Positions 26,921-38,714 of a DNA stretch of 64,000 nt are shown in pieces. The position numbers and the translations under genes are program-made. Position 1 is the stretch's first letter; each line of letters starts with the position of its first letter. This stretch comes from Octopus vulgaris (taxonomy: Eukaryota). The notes beneath the pieces are model-generated. The model worked only from the letters and a program-made list of their open reading frames with translations, was not told where the DNA came from and searched no databases. Location of the stretch: NCBI GenBank assembly GCA_951406725.2, contig OX597823.1, forward strand, positions 10,044,001-10,108,000, read 5' to 3'.

Positions 26921-27089
26921 AAAAATCATGGCAATCATCAGAAAAATATCAGAGGAATAACAGGGCGTTTTGGTTTTTGCCACTAGAAGTCTGAAAGTGT
27001 CATATCCAAGTTGCCCGTCTGGACGGTGTTGTACAACATCAGAACGGAATCACCCGGAACAAAACCAGGGAGGTACTATCGGTGTCATG

Positions 27090-28190
27090 AGCGTTTAGTT
27101 GTCCTCTATTGCCTCCCTTTCTTGGTAGGTAGAATCTGTCGGTATTACTTTTAGACTGATGTGTGTGTTTTGTGAATAGCTTTCTAGTTCTTCGGTTCAT
27201 ATTCTGTTGCTTGACCTTAGTTCATTTCAGGAAGGAAATAAAGAATCTTAATACTGGTCTAGTCCATGTATTTATTGTTTTAATGATACTAATTACTTTT
27301 ACTTTCGTTTCAAGTAAATTTCTAATTCTACTTTTGTACTCATTAGATATTTTCTCTCGTAATTCCCTTTCCATTATCCTATCAACTTGCAGCACCCCTA
27401 GATATTTCCATCCTTCATTATTCCACAGCAAATTTAATCCTGTTGCCTTATGGTAAATTTTATGCCCTCAGAGCTTACCTTCCGGTCACTCTTTATAATT
27501 AGCACCACACACTTACCCCAAACCGCTGTCCAATATCCTTGTGAATATTCTTACCGTTACATTCGAACAATCTAGGTTTGTCTCATGTTTCGTAATTAGT
27601 TTGAGGTCATTCACACGAAATAAGTAATATATTTTCACCTTGGTTTTTGTAACCTCGTAGAAGCCTAGATTTTCTCCGTAGACTTTCTAATGGGATTAAT
27701 GCAATATTATTGGTATTAACAGATTGTGGAGGCGCAATAGCCCAGTGGTTAGGGCAGCGGACTCGCAGTCGTAGGATCGCGGTTTCGATTCCCAGACCGG
27801 GCGTTGTGAGTGTTTATTGAGCGAAAACACCTAAAAGCTCAACGATGCTCCGGCAGGGGATGGTGGTGATCCCTGCTGTACTCTTTCACCACAACTTTCT
27901 CACTCTTACTTCCTGTTTCTGTTGTACCTGTATTTCAAAAGGGCCGGCCTTGTCACTATCTGTGTCACGCTGAATATCCCCGAGAACTCCGTTAAGAGTA
28001 CACGTGTCTGTGGAGTGCTCAACCACTTGCACGTTAATTTCACAAGCAGGCTGTTCCGTTGATCGGATCAACCGGAACCCTCGTCGTCGTAACCGACGGG
28101 GTGCTTCCATCCATTAACAGATTATCATCTGGGAGATGTGTATTTATATCGTGCATATATAGTCTTAGATTCAATCAGAGAGCCATTTGC
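27090..28190 (-). mobile_element. Decayed R4/Dong-type LINE RT fragment interrupted by SINE C
   Basis: WKYLGVLQVD...EYKSRIRNLLETK...INTWTRPVLRF parallels the ORFs at 55935-56549. Confidence 0.7.
27726..28112 (+). mobile_element. tRNA(Arg)-like SINE family C, tail type 1
   Basis: GGAGGCGCAATAGCCCAGTGGTTAGGGCAGCGGACTCG head, B-box GGTTTCGATTCCC; 11-bp TSD ATTAACAGATT (27715-27725 / 28113-28123). Confidence 0.9.
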
Positions 28191-30239
28191 CTTACTATGT
28201 ATTATAATATATTATTAGCATTCGCTATCGGTATAGAATCACTCCTCCTTCTCCTCCTTCTACTCCTCACCCTCCACTTCATCATCATCATCATAATGAA
28301 CTCACATCCAGCGTGATGGTTCTTGTGATTACCGGTAATTCAACCAGCCGCTACGGTAATGATAACGACTACGACATGATCACGGCAGTGGTCGTCGTGG
28401 TGATAGCTGTGATCAATATCGTGATCATTATCATCATCATCGTCGTCGTCGACATCATTATTAGTAACATTACCATCAACATCATCATGAATATCTTCTT
28501 TCTCATTTTCATAATTACTATATCAGTTAATTCCATCGATAAAAAAATATAATTCCTAAATTAATTACATCTACGTATAATTAGTAAACTATCATATTGT
28601 TTAAAATAGCAAATGAACAGCCAAAGTTGAATCGTACGAACAGTAAGAGAATAGAATTACTTTAATATAATACAGAGAAAATTAATAACATAACTAATAT
28701 ATTTATAATTCCTATAAATGAGATACAATTTCCTTTTATTCTTAAATGCATCGTCGTCAAAGTTTATAATGAAATCTACTTTGATTTAATGAAATGTAAT
28801 CATTTGATGTGGGGTTTTTTTTTCGTTTGTTTCTCGTTATGTTTTTATCATTTTAGGGAGGGAAGTATTAGATGTTGTTTACCCTCGGTAAATATTCAAT
28901 ATTGTAGGATTTGCAGCGAAGAGAAATTGTTTAGATTAGCTTATGTTGTGGCCCTAGCTTGGCAAAATCATTGGTAAACATAACGAAGACATTTAAAAAG
29001 TGGATGGTTTTAGAACATATTATGGCTGCTTGTAGGACATCTCTAATCCATTCATGATGTAGAACTATGACCAGACGTGTCAAAGCCATGTCTATCTATA
29101 TCTTGTTCAGCCCCACAATACATCTAGCATTACAACTGTTTCAATGCGTTCTCATAACTTGAACATGTTTATATTTGGTAATTTGTTAGGCGTTATTTCA
29201 GTAAGTCATTTCTCTACGTTTTGGCAAATTCAAAAGCTGCGGGGTAAAAGTGACTCGTACTGAATGTTTTTAAAGTATTTCTTTTCCGAAATGGAGGACT
29301 CAGAAAGCAAACGACATTACTTGTGAGTGATGCGGAATATCACAACAAATGGCAGGATAAAGCTATATTGTTAGTTGATTATAAATAGGATGAAAGACGA
29401 TACACACGAAACCATATCAGCTACTTCTGACTATGTAGAACAAGCGAATCTGATGTGTCCCAATTTAAGTGCGTGATGTTAATAGAATATTAGTTGTTCA
29501 TTCTTGGCATATCCAGATATTACAAAAAAGGGACACTTCACACGCTTCTTCTTACATTAGAGGTTTCTATTTTCGTGTAATAACATACTAAGTGAAAATG
29601 GATCATGATTTTTAAAAGCTAGGTTTTGTAGATGAAAATTTACATAAAGAAATATAAATAATCCTTATACTTTTTCCTATCTATCATTTTGCAGGAATCA
29701 CAACTGTTATTTTTAACAGGATGAATGTGTACTTGAAAAGTTTGATTAGCAGCTGTGTGGCTTTGGATTTATGATATAATGGACAAGTGGATTTTGTCAT
29801 CGATACAAGACCAAAGCAATACGAACGAAATTTGGTGACCCGAAATGTGTAGAAGCTTGTGTCAATGATGTTCTCTTCCGACCTAATAGTCTGGCTTCAC
29901 ACCAACACTTGATCCTTTGACGATTTTAGTGGATTCTATTTTATAGCAGGAATTATGGTTAGCTGCCCGGTGTGGAGATGAACCTCTCGTTCTTCTTTCA
30001 TGATTTTAAGCTCTGAGAAAGGTATTTTGCTCTGTTGAGCAAGTCCTTAAAAACGTTTGAGGACGATGGTCTAATTATGTTTTAACCACGACAAAATTTT
30101 TTAAGTGTTATTGTTTTTTATTTTGTGATGTGGAATATGGTTAACATATAAGTGTTGTAGATATGAGATATCACGCTTAGCCAAAGCTCAAGTTTAAAAA
30201 TGTAGAGAATAGCTATTTATTCTTCAGTATTAATATCAG

Positions 30240-30390
30240 GACACTTCCGTCTGCATTTTATGAGTTCAAGTTCCGCCGAGTTCGACTTTACCATTCATTC
30301 TACCATTTGAACACTAGGGTCGGTACAATCGAGTTAGCCCCTTCCCCAAAATTGCTGGCCTTGTGCCAAAATTTGAAATCAGTATTAATA
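30240..30390 (+). mobile_element. SINE B fragment
   Basis: GAGTTCAAGTTCCGCCGAG plus older-type tail. Confidence 0.7.
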
Positions 30391-31070
30391 TTAGGACAAA
30401 CAGAAGAAAGGTGATATCTTAGTTCATCAATTAAAATTGTATTTATGAGTAGCCGCTGTGTTAACACCATACAGTAGAATTCTTTAGACTTTTATTTCTT
30501 ATAAATGAGATGTCTATCTGCTTCTTAATAATTTATCATCGCTTGCAGTAACTGAGGCGTATATATCATAAGAAATGATAACTCACAGGCTATTTGATCA
30601 GAAGTTAACTTGGATGAGAGCACTGCCTAGAAATAACATATCTCTGAAGTTCCCTAAAAGTTTCGTCCACATAGATCCCTCACTCCTTGTGACTCATGAT
30701 ATTTCCTAAAGAATATAACCACACGGGTTAAGAACCACTGTTCAAATGATTTAATTCTCCGGCAGTTTCGCAATTTACTCCTAAAGTGCAGCAGAAGAAA
30801 ATGTGCATTATTAAGAAACTGACTTTTATTGACTTCGGATATATAGGAAGGAAATGTTTACAGAGATTCTATTATGTAACGGTGACACTATGGCTAGTCG
30901 TAAATACAATTTAAATTGAAGAACTAAGATATCGCCATCCTTTTATTAGTCTAGATATTAATTATGAAGAATTAATAAACAACTTCTACGTCTTCAAACA
31001 AGAGTTTTGATAAAGGTAATCTATTCCAGCGAATCAGATATTTATTGATTAGTATTTTTTTCTATTTTAG

Positions 31071-31241
31071 GAGATTGTCTAACGAGTCACCAACAATTCG
31101 AACATCACACCACGCAGAATGTCATTTAAATATACAAAACAAGAGACAATGGGACGTCGGCAGATGATATGCAGTTTCAATGTGTCCTAAAAATATTAAT
31201 ACGACATAGATGATTAGTATGATTGCGGAGATTGAACTTAC
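31071..31241 (+). other. Candidate non-coding (UTR or lncRNA) exon
   Basis: TTTTTTTCTATTTTAG|G acceptor and C|GTAAGT donor; stops in all three frames. Confidence 0.25.
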
Positions 31242-31801
31242 GTAAGTAGAACAATGAGTAAGTTTGTGTCTATCCTTGGTTGGCCACTGCAAATGTAAAG
31301 CAAAAGGAGACAGATGAACAAAGAATTAGAATTTGGAGATCTGGGAATATGAAATATATACATTTCAATATGTTTATGTGGATGGTAATCAGGAATATTT
31401 TGCAAGAGTTTCAAATTGGATGTAATATATATATATTATGCCTTTGAAGATAAACATGTAGATGATGTGGTATCTCAGTGATTGAACGTTCATCAGGGGT
31501 TAGCGAGCTCTCTGTCTGGCTTTCATATTTGCATGTGTTTGATTGCATTTGACACACGACTAAAATTAATATTAAGAAGTAATAATTTTCAAAAGCTTGT
31601 CGAATATTCTAAATACAATGCATTACTATAATTCAATCAAATCATGCACATTCTTGTCACTTGTTAAAGGAAAATAACAATTACAGACAGTCATCGAAAT
31701 GTGATACTTTACACTTAGCAAATAAGGTAATATATAACGTAAATATATTAAGAATATATATATATATATATATATATAATGAATAAATAAATAAATAAAT
31801 A

Positions 31802-31876
<75 letters not shown>

Positions 31877-31960
31877 AAAGCGGCTTCGTTTGTATTCCTA
31901 CTAATCCGCTTAGTCTATGAATAGACTAAGCGGAGCAGAAGCACATATGAAGACGGAAAA

Positions 31961-32005
31961 TGTCACTGAAGAGGTCGCAGATGTGTGACGAATGATTTCT
32001 GGACA
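31961..32005 (+). ncRNA. Degenerate hammerhead-like motif (repeat P3)
   Basis: UGUC A CUGAAGA G GUCGCA GAUG UGUGAC GAAU GAUU UC UG GACA; 14-bp perfect hairpin just upstream (31905-31934). Confidence 0.4.
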
Positions 32006-32166
32006 AGTTAAAACAAGGGCAGTATTAAACGAATGAAGAACGAATATATAGAGCATGTATTTATTCGGCAAAACTGAGCATCCCGAAATACAACACTATC
32101 TGTTTCAAATAAACGTTTCACATCGGGAAATCTTGCAACACAAATTCATAAATGTATGTGTGTATA

Positions 32167-32255
<89 letters not shown>

Positions 32256-32442
32256 GTATAATAGGTGTATCTACCTACATTTTCTTCTTGGCACAGATTT
32301 ACTATCTCATTTCATTATGCTCCATATAACCCGACCTGCTCATCAGCTCATACGAAACAATTATGATTATACTGTATACGATAAATTGCTATAATGATAA
32401 TGATAATTGCAACATAAACGATATTTATGATTATAATAGTTG

Positions 32443-32537
<95 letters not shown>

Positions 32538-33772
32538 CATAATTATAAATGCATATATGTATGTATATATATAGAGAGAGAGATAGAGAGAGGGGGAGAA
32601 AGTGTAGCATTACGCTTTGAATAAAATGGTTTTACTACGTTGTTAATTAATATCAGATAATTTGAATGCATGAGCGTCCTCATAAATAATATATAAAAAT
32701 AACACCATGCATGATAGGAAAAAGAAATTACAGTTTAGGGCTCCTGTCGCATAATAGGAAAATGAATGAGATTTTTGTCTTGTTCATACTTGAAGAGAAT
32801 AACTTGGCAGATTCTTCAATTTTTCAATACTATGTTAATTAGATTTTGTCAAATATATGCTTTCTCTTCATTTCAATGCGATGCTTTCCTTAGCATATAG
32901 CCACGTTCCTTGACAAGCTGATGTTAAAGAAAACAATATATTACATTTAATATGTGTATCTAATGAACTGGTACGTGGATATTGAGAAACGTCGAAGGTA
33001 CACATATTTCCCAAAGCTGTAATTTTACCGCTTTAAATAGTGTTTCACTGTTAAAAAAGGTGAAATAAAGAAAGCCATACTTAACTCCCTTCTTCCTCAG
33101 TTTCCATGCTTATGTTCTGTCTGTTCATCCATTATATTTCATTCTCGTTCTGACTGATTTTCAAATGATTTATGTCTGTCCATTCCACTGCACAATAATG
33201 AAACTCACCATATTCATGACCAAACACTCTTCTAGCATTCAGCCATGAATTATATGACCTGAAGCTTTAATCTCCCTTTAAACTATAACTTGTCCATGTG
33301 GTAGATGAGTCATATTTTTATATTTGGACATAATAGCGAATTGTCTCTTATTGAAAACTAAAACAAAGTCTCAGTAGTGATTGTAAAGTCAGTGCAAAAC
33401 AGTAAATTTGAAAGTCTTAGCCACACTATCAGGATATTTCCAATTAAACAATGCTGCACCAATATCGATCTATTCCGTTTTCTATTTCCTTCAATTTACA
33501 GCGAAATAAAATCATGTTCAACGTATAAAGAATGCACTGGCTTTGTGGTTGACACTTTTAAATGTTACTTTATATCATTCTTAGTAAGATGTGCCTTTTT
33601 CGTATGTATGGTGCTGTTTATGTACAATGCACTATTGTTGAATCGTGTGTAAGATATTTGTAAATTTAATACAGAAGAATAATAGCGTTTATCGAGTTAA
33701 ACTACAATGCAAAGGGAAATTGATATTGTCTTTCGGGAGAGATGTACGGTGTTGCGAATATAAAAAACGATA

Positions 33773-34080
33773 GACGTCGCCTTTTTCAAGCCTAGCCAGG
33801 CTCATGGGTCCGGTTTCCCGGTTTCTATGGCATATGTCTTTACCCCAGCTGGACGGGACGCCAGTCCATCGCAGCGTTACTCAAGAAACCGGAAGAGAGA
33901 GTGAGAGAAAGTTGTGGCGAAAGAGTACAACAGGGGTCGCCACCACCCCCTGCCGGAACCTTGTGGAGCTTTTAGGTGTTTTTGCTCAATAATCACACAA
34001 AACGCCCGGTCTGGAAATCGAAACCGCAATTCTCCGTCTGCCTTTCCGCTACCCTAAACACTGGACCATTGCGCATCCAC
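33773..34080 (-). mobile_element. SINE family C, tail type 2
   Basis: Same head and body as other C copies; 3' part GCTGCGATGGACTGGCGTCCCGTCCAG...GCCATAGAAACCGGG. Confidence 0.85.
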
Positions 34081-34122
34081 TAAGAATATAGCACATTCAT
34101 ATTGTTTCTTTTAAGTACTTAC

Positions 34123-34204
34123 TCCGAGGAGAGAGCAATGCCTTTGACGTTTCTCGAAACTCTGACAACAATGGCAGCAAAAATTTTATACTCTGCCCGG
34201 AGAC
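34123..34204 (-). CDS. Candidate 82-nt internal exon
   Basis: TTTTTTCGGACCAG| acceptor and |GTAAGT donor; two open frames (VSGQSIKFLLPLLSEFRETSKALLSPR or GLRAEYKIFAAIVVRVSRNVKGIALSS). Confidence 0.22.
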
Positions 34205-34709
34205 CTGGTCCGAAAAAATTCCATTAATTGCAAACTTGTGGTGTTAAAACCGGAAATAGATTAAATTTTATGTCTGCGCACCATTTTGTAGGATAAAATG
34301 TTATTGCAGTGTTGCATAAGTAGTAGCTTTGCAACTATAAACACATGTTCTGATTATTATTTTTTATATTCTGTCATTTCAGTCGGTGTGGTTTGACATA
34401 ATCTTTGTGGCATCAACCAAAATGCGTGAAGTTATATTTAATTACAACTCCTTATGTTATGATTTCAAGTTTCACATCAAGTCAATATTACAATTTGCTA
34501 TTCTGGATCCAATAAAATAAAATAAGAGTAAAGAATTGGTGTCAGTTAATTATAGTTAAGTCAAACTTGTTAGCCAAAGTGCCAATGTTATATGTCAGTG
34601 CTTATTTTTATATTCCGCATCTTATATTCAGTTGCATAGACCCGTGCCTGAACTTTTACGCGTTTTGTGGAGGTTTGAAACGGTCAGATAACATATCTTG
34701 CTACGCTTA

Positions 34710-35305
34710 GGCGGCTAGCTGGCAGAACCGTTAGCACGTCGGGCGAAATGCGTAGCCGTATTACGTCTGCCGCTACTTTCTGAGTTCAAATTCCGCCGAG
34801 GTCGACTTTACTTTTCATCCTTTCGGGGTCGATTAAATAAGTACCAGTTACGCACTGGGGTCGATATAATTGACTTAATCCGTTTGTCTGTTCTTTTTTG
34901 TCCCCTCTGTGTTTATCTCCTTGTTAGGTAGTAAAGAAATAAGTATTTCGTCTGCCGTTATGTTCTGAGTTCAAATTCCGCCGAGGTCAACTTTGTCTTT
35001 CATCCTTTCGGGGTCGATTAAATAAGTACCAGATACGCACTGCGGTCGATGTAATCGACTTATTCCGTTTGTCTGTCCTTGTTTGTCCCCTCTGTGTTTA
35101 GCCCCTTGTGGGCAATAAGGAAATAAGAATTGTTAGTACGCTGGGCAAAATGCTTAGCGGCATTTCGTCTGTCCTTACGTTCTGAGTTCAAATTAGGCTA
35201 TGGTTGACTTCGGGGTCGAAAAAGTAAGTAGCAGTTAAGCACTTAATCGACATACCACATCCCTCCAGCTTGTTGTCCTTGTGCCAAAATTTGAAACCAA
35301 TATTA
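34710..35305 (+). mobile_element. SINE B tandem trimer
   Basis: Three cores; 10-bp direct repeat CTTGCTACGC at 34697-34706 and 35306-35315. Confidence 0.88.
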
Positions 35306-36478
35306 CTTGCTACGCAAAACTTTTTATTTCTTAAATTACATTATGCAATAGTGTCGGCAGTGCTGTAAACGAATTGCGGGTTTGTAATTCGAAAAGGGTA
35401 AATTAAGAGATGCATTCTGTATTCAGTATTTCTCCCAAAACTGCCTCTCGATGACGTATATGGAATTACTGATTCTGGGTTTATACAGTTTCTTATGCTG
35501 TAAATTGATGAAGTGGATTGTCTCCTCATTAAATTTCTGTGTGACTGACCGGTCCACTGAAACGTGTTTCTTAATCCAATTCTCATACAGAGATAGAATG
35601 ACAGAGTAGAATGTATCTGACAGGCATCCTACAAATATAGGTCCACCCATGGGAATAGCAAATTATGTTTGCTTAAGTTGCCATGGAATAAAATCAAGTT
35701 CGTTACTACTTGTAAACAGAGCGAAATTCTAAATCATTCGCCCATAAGCTACAATGAACGTGCGCGAATGTGTATACAAATAAAACATACTCACACACTT
35801 GTGTATTAAGGTAACAAGAATGGACGATTCCAAAGATTGCTTCGTGCGTTTCAGTAGCGTGGTCATCATTTATTCAACACTGAGTAATAATGATATTAAG
35901 TAATTTAAAGTTATTGCATAGCTGCACTGTTTCCTGAGGCCATATCCAGCCCTTTATCCGCGAAATCGGATTGACCTATGAAGAGAAATATATGTTTGTA
36001 TAATTCATTCAGTTTCGTATTTAATCAAGGAACAGTTCATGGCTAACATACCTGGTCGTATTCCAAAAAATTTCAGATGAGCACCGTTTGAAATTAATCT
36101 ACTTTTTTTAATTAATTAATATCTTAACTACATACTTATAGAATTTATTAAGCTGTTTCGTATCGAAACAGCTGTTGAAATATGTTGTAATGGGTCTCAA
36201 ATCTATGGCGTTGAGTGTTTATGTACGTTTTAGTCGAATCTGTGTATAAATGCAAGAGGTCTTACGTTGCATTTACTGCAATCTTATTATGCTACAATAT
36301 GCTGGAGTTTATTAATTAATTCCTTAAACTACCTTTAATTAATAAGGGATTATTAATTAATCCCTTAAAGTACTTTTTGATGTTTTACGCATTACCAATT
36401 TTAATATGAATAAATATATGCATACATATGTACATACGATCACAGACATAGATATGTGTGTGTGTATGCATATATATA

Positions 36479-36547
<69 letters not shown>

Positions 36548-37124
36548 AGAGAGAGAGAGAGAGAGAGAGAGAAATATATATATATTGAAATATATATATA
36601 TATATATACGTATACAAAGACACACACATAAGCATATGCTTATTTACATTTGGGAATGGGGACTTAGTATATCCGGACCAATACCAAGTCACCACTCGAC
36701 ACAAGATCCTTGTCGAAGGAATATATAGGAAAGAAAATAAGATATAAGTATTCTGTTAATCCAAGTTGCATCCCATCCAAAATGTAAATCCTAGGAATTC
36801 AGCTTGGTATTGTCAATGTAAAATATAAATGTAAAATGTAAACGAAGCAATGAAGACGACCATATCCCATTTCTTCTTCAGTGATGATCGTTTCAATAAT
36901 TAATATTATATTTTATATCAATCAACATGACGGGTTACGTAGATATTAAAAGAAAGCTTTTCTAATCGTTTCTGTAGATGAATTTTTTTTTAAAATTAAC
37001 AAAGTATATTAGATAGTGAATATTTATTTAAAATCGTACGTTATTACATATTTATATATAAATGATTATGTTAACTGATAGAAAATATTCTACTGATTAT
37101 CGAAGCAATTGTCACAGAAAAATA

Positions 37125-37686
37125 TTAGGTTGTCCGGAAAGTTCATGCCGATGAAGGAAAGATAATGGTCAATAAATATTTGCCATTACATTTTTAATCA
37201 ACCAAATATCAACCATTTTGTTGCACAATGTATCTCCATCTTTTCTTTTACTTGAAAATACCCTCTTCCCAGAATTGAGGTGGTTTCATAGCAAAGAATT
37301 CATCGAGGTATCTTTTTACGTCATCGAAGGAATTAGATGTTTTACCATTAAGACTATTCTGCAGAGACTTGTATAAGTGGAAATCCAAAGGAGCAATATC
37401 TGGTGAATATGGAGGGTGGGGTAACACATCCCAGCCGAGCTGCAGCAATTTTTGTCTTGTTCCCAAAGCATCACGTACCGAAAATGAACTTCCTTATCTT
37501 CCATTTTAAAGGGTTATAGAATTAACACAGATTATAGGAACATAAACCTTCTTCCACGAAAAGATAGCTTAAACTGTGCACTAAATGGAGGTGTAGTCAA
37601 ATCCCAATTTGTTGACTCAAACATGTTCTAAAATAAGTTGAAATGTAAGCTACTATAAATCGGCCCGAACTTTCTGGACAACCCAA
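37125..37686 (-). mobile_element. Internally deleted mariner element with both TIRs
   Basis: TA-flanked TIRs TTRGGTTGTCCRGAAAGTTC..GCCGAT; N-terminus MEDKEVHFRYVMLW fused to C-terminus HPPYSPDIAPLDFHLYKSLQNSL. Confidence 0.92.
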
Positions 37687-38442
37687 TATATAATAGTGAA
37701 AGAAGCAGTATTAATACATTGAGGTAATATTTACCTCCATATAAATGTGGATGTTCTGTTAGATCAAACTTTACTCCGGTAGGTACCATGAGAGAAGCTG
37801 TCATATAGGCTTTTGATGGAAAATGCATGCTTATTTATATCGCTAATGAGAGATACGTCTCCACCAATTCCATTGCCATCACCACCAGATCACGTGATTT
37901 CGACCTTCCTTGGCCTCTTCAATGATAGACGCCCGACTGCTAGATTTATCAGCGTCCCATCTCCCTGCCAGCAATATATAGAACAACACCGTGAAAACAG
38001 TCGCTGGCAACGTTATTAGTCAGTGATCCCGTTGAAAATACATGTATTAGCCGCACACGCAGTTTGTCACTGCTTAAGAACAACTTTAGAAGTTAGTGCA
38101 CAGGATTTTAATAAAAAAATCTGATGTTAAATAATCAATATAAATAAAATTATTCTAGCATCGGAAGCTGAATTGTTCATATGGTCTTTGATCCGGAAAC
38201 CGAATTCCAATCCAAAACCACAGATGCGGAAAGCGAAGTTGTAAACCACACAGCCAAGCAAACTACAAAAGATAGACGAATTTTCCTCAAATGCAATAGT
38301 TATTAATTACTATGCAAAATGTTTCTTTCACAATTTTGCTACCTGTGCAGCAAATACTCGCCATCAATTGCATTTATTCACGTTTGGAAATAATACAGGA
38401 GTACCATAATCCCTGTGATTAGTATAACCAATCTATATTACC

Positions 38443-38673
38443 TATTTCTTTACTACCCACAATGGGCTAAACACAGAGAGGAAAAACAAGGATAGACAAA
38501 CGGATTAAGTCGATTACATCGACCACAGTGCGTAACTGTTACTTATTTAATCGACCCCGAAAGGATGAAAGGCAAAGTCGACCTCGGCGGAATTTGAACT
38601 CATAACGTAACGGCAGACGAAATACTGTTAAGCATTTCGCCCGGCGTACTAACGATTCTGCCAGCTTGCCGCC
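38443..38673 (-). mobile_element. SINE family B
   Basis: Full-length reverse-complement copy. Confidence 0.9.
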
Positions 38674-38714
38674 TTTTTATATTACCTTTAATGATGTTTG
38701 TTCTTCTGAGATAG

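Noticed and set aside
27726-27805. tRNA-Arg gene (also 53030, 62504 and the heads of SINE A/B)
   Set aside because: Heads run into conserved SINE bodies with TSDs and lack a proper acceptor stem.
36640-36740. Short GC-richer island translating to CRVVTWYWSGYTK (lectin-like look)
   Set aside because: Too short, weak AAG acceptor, no supporting neighbouring exons.
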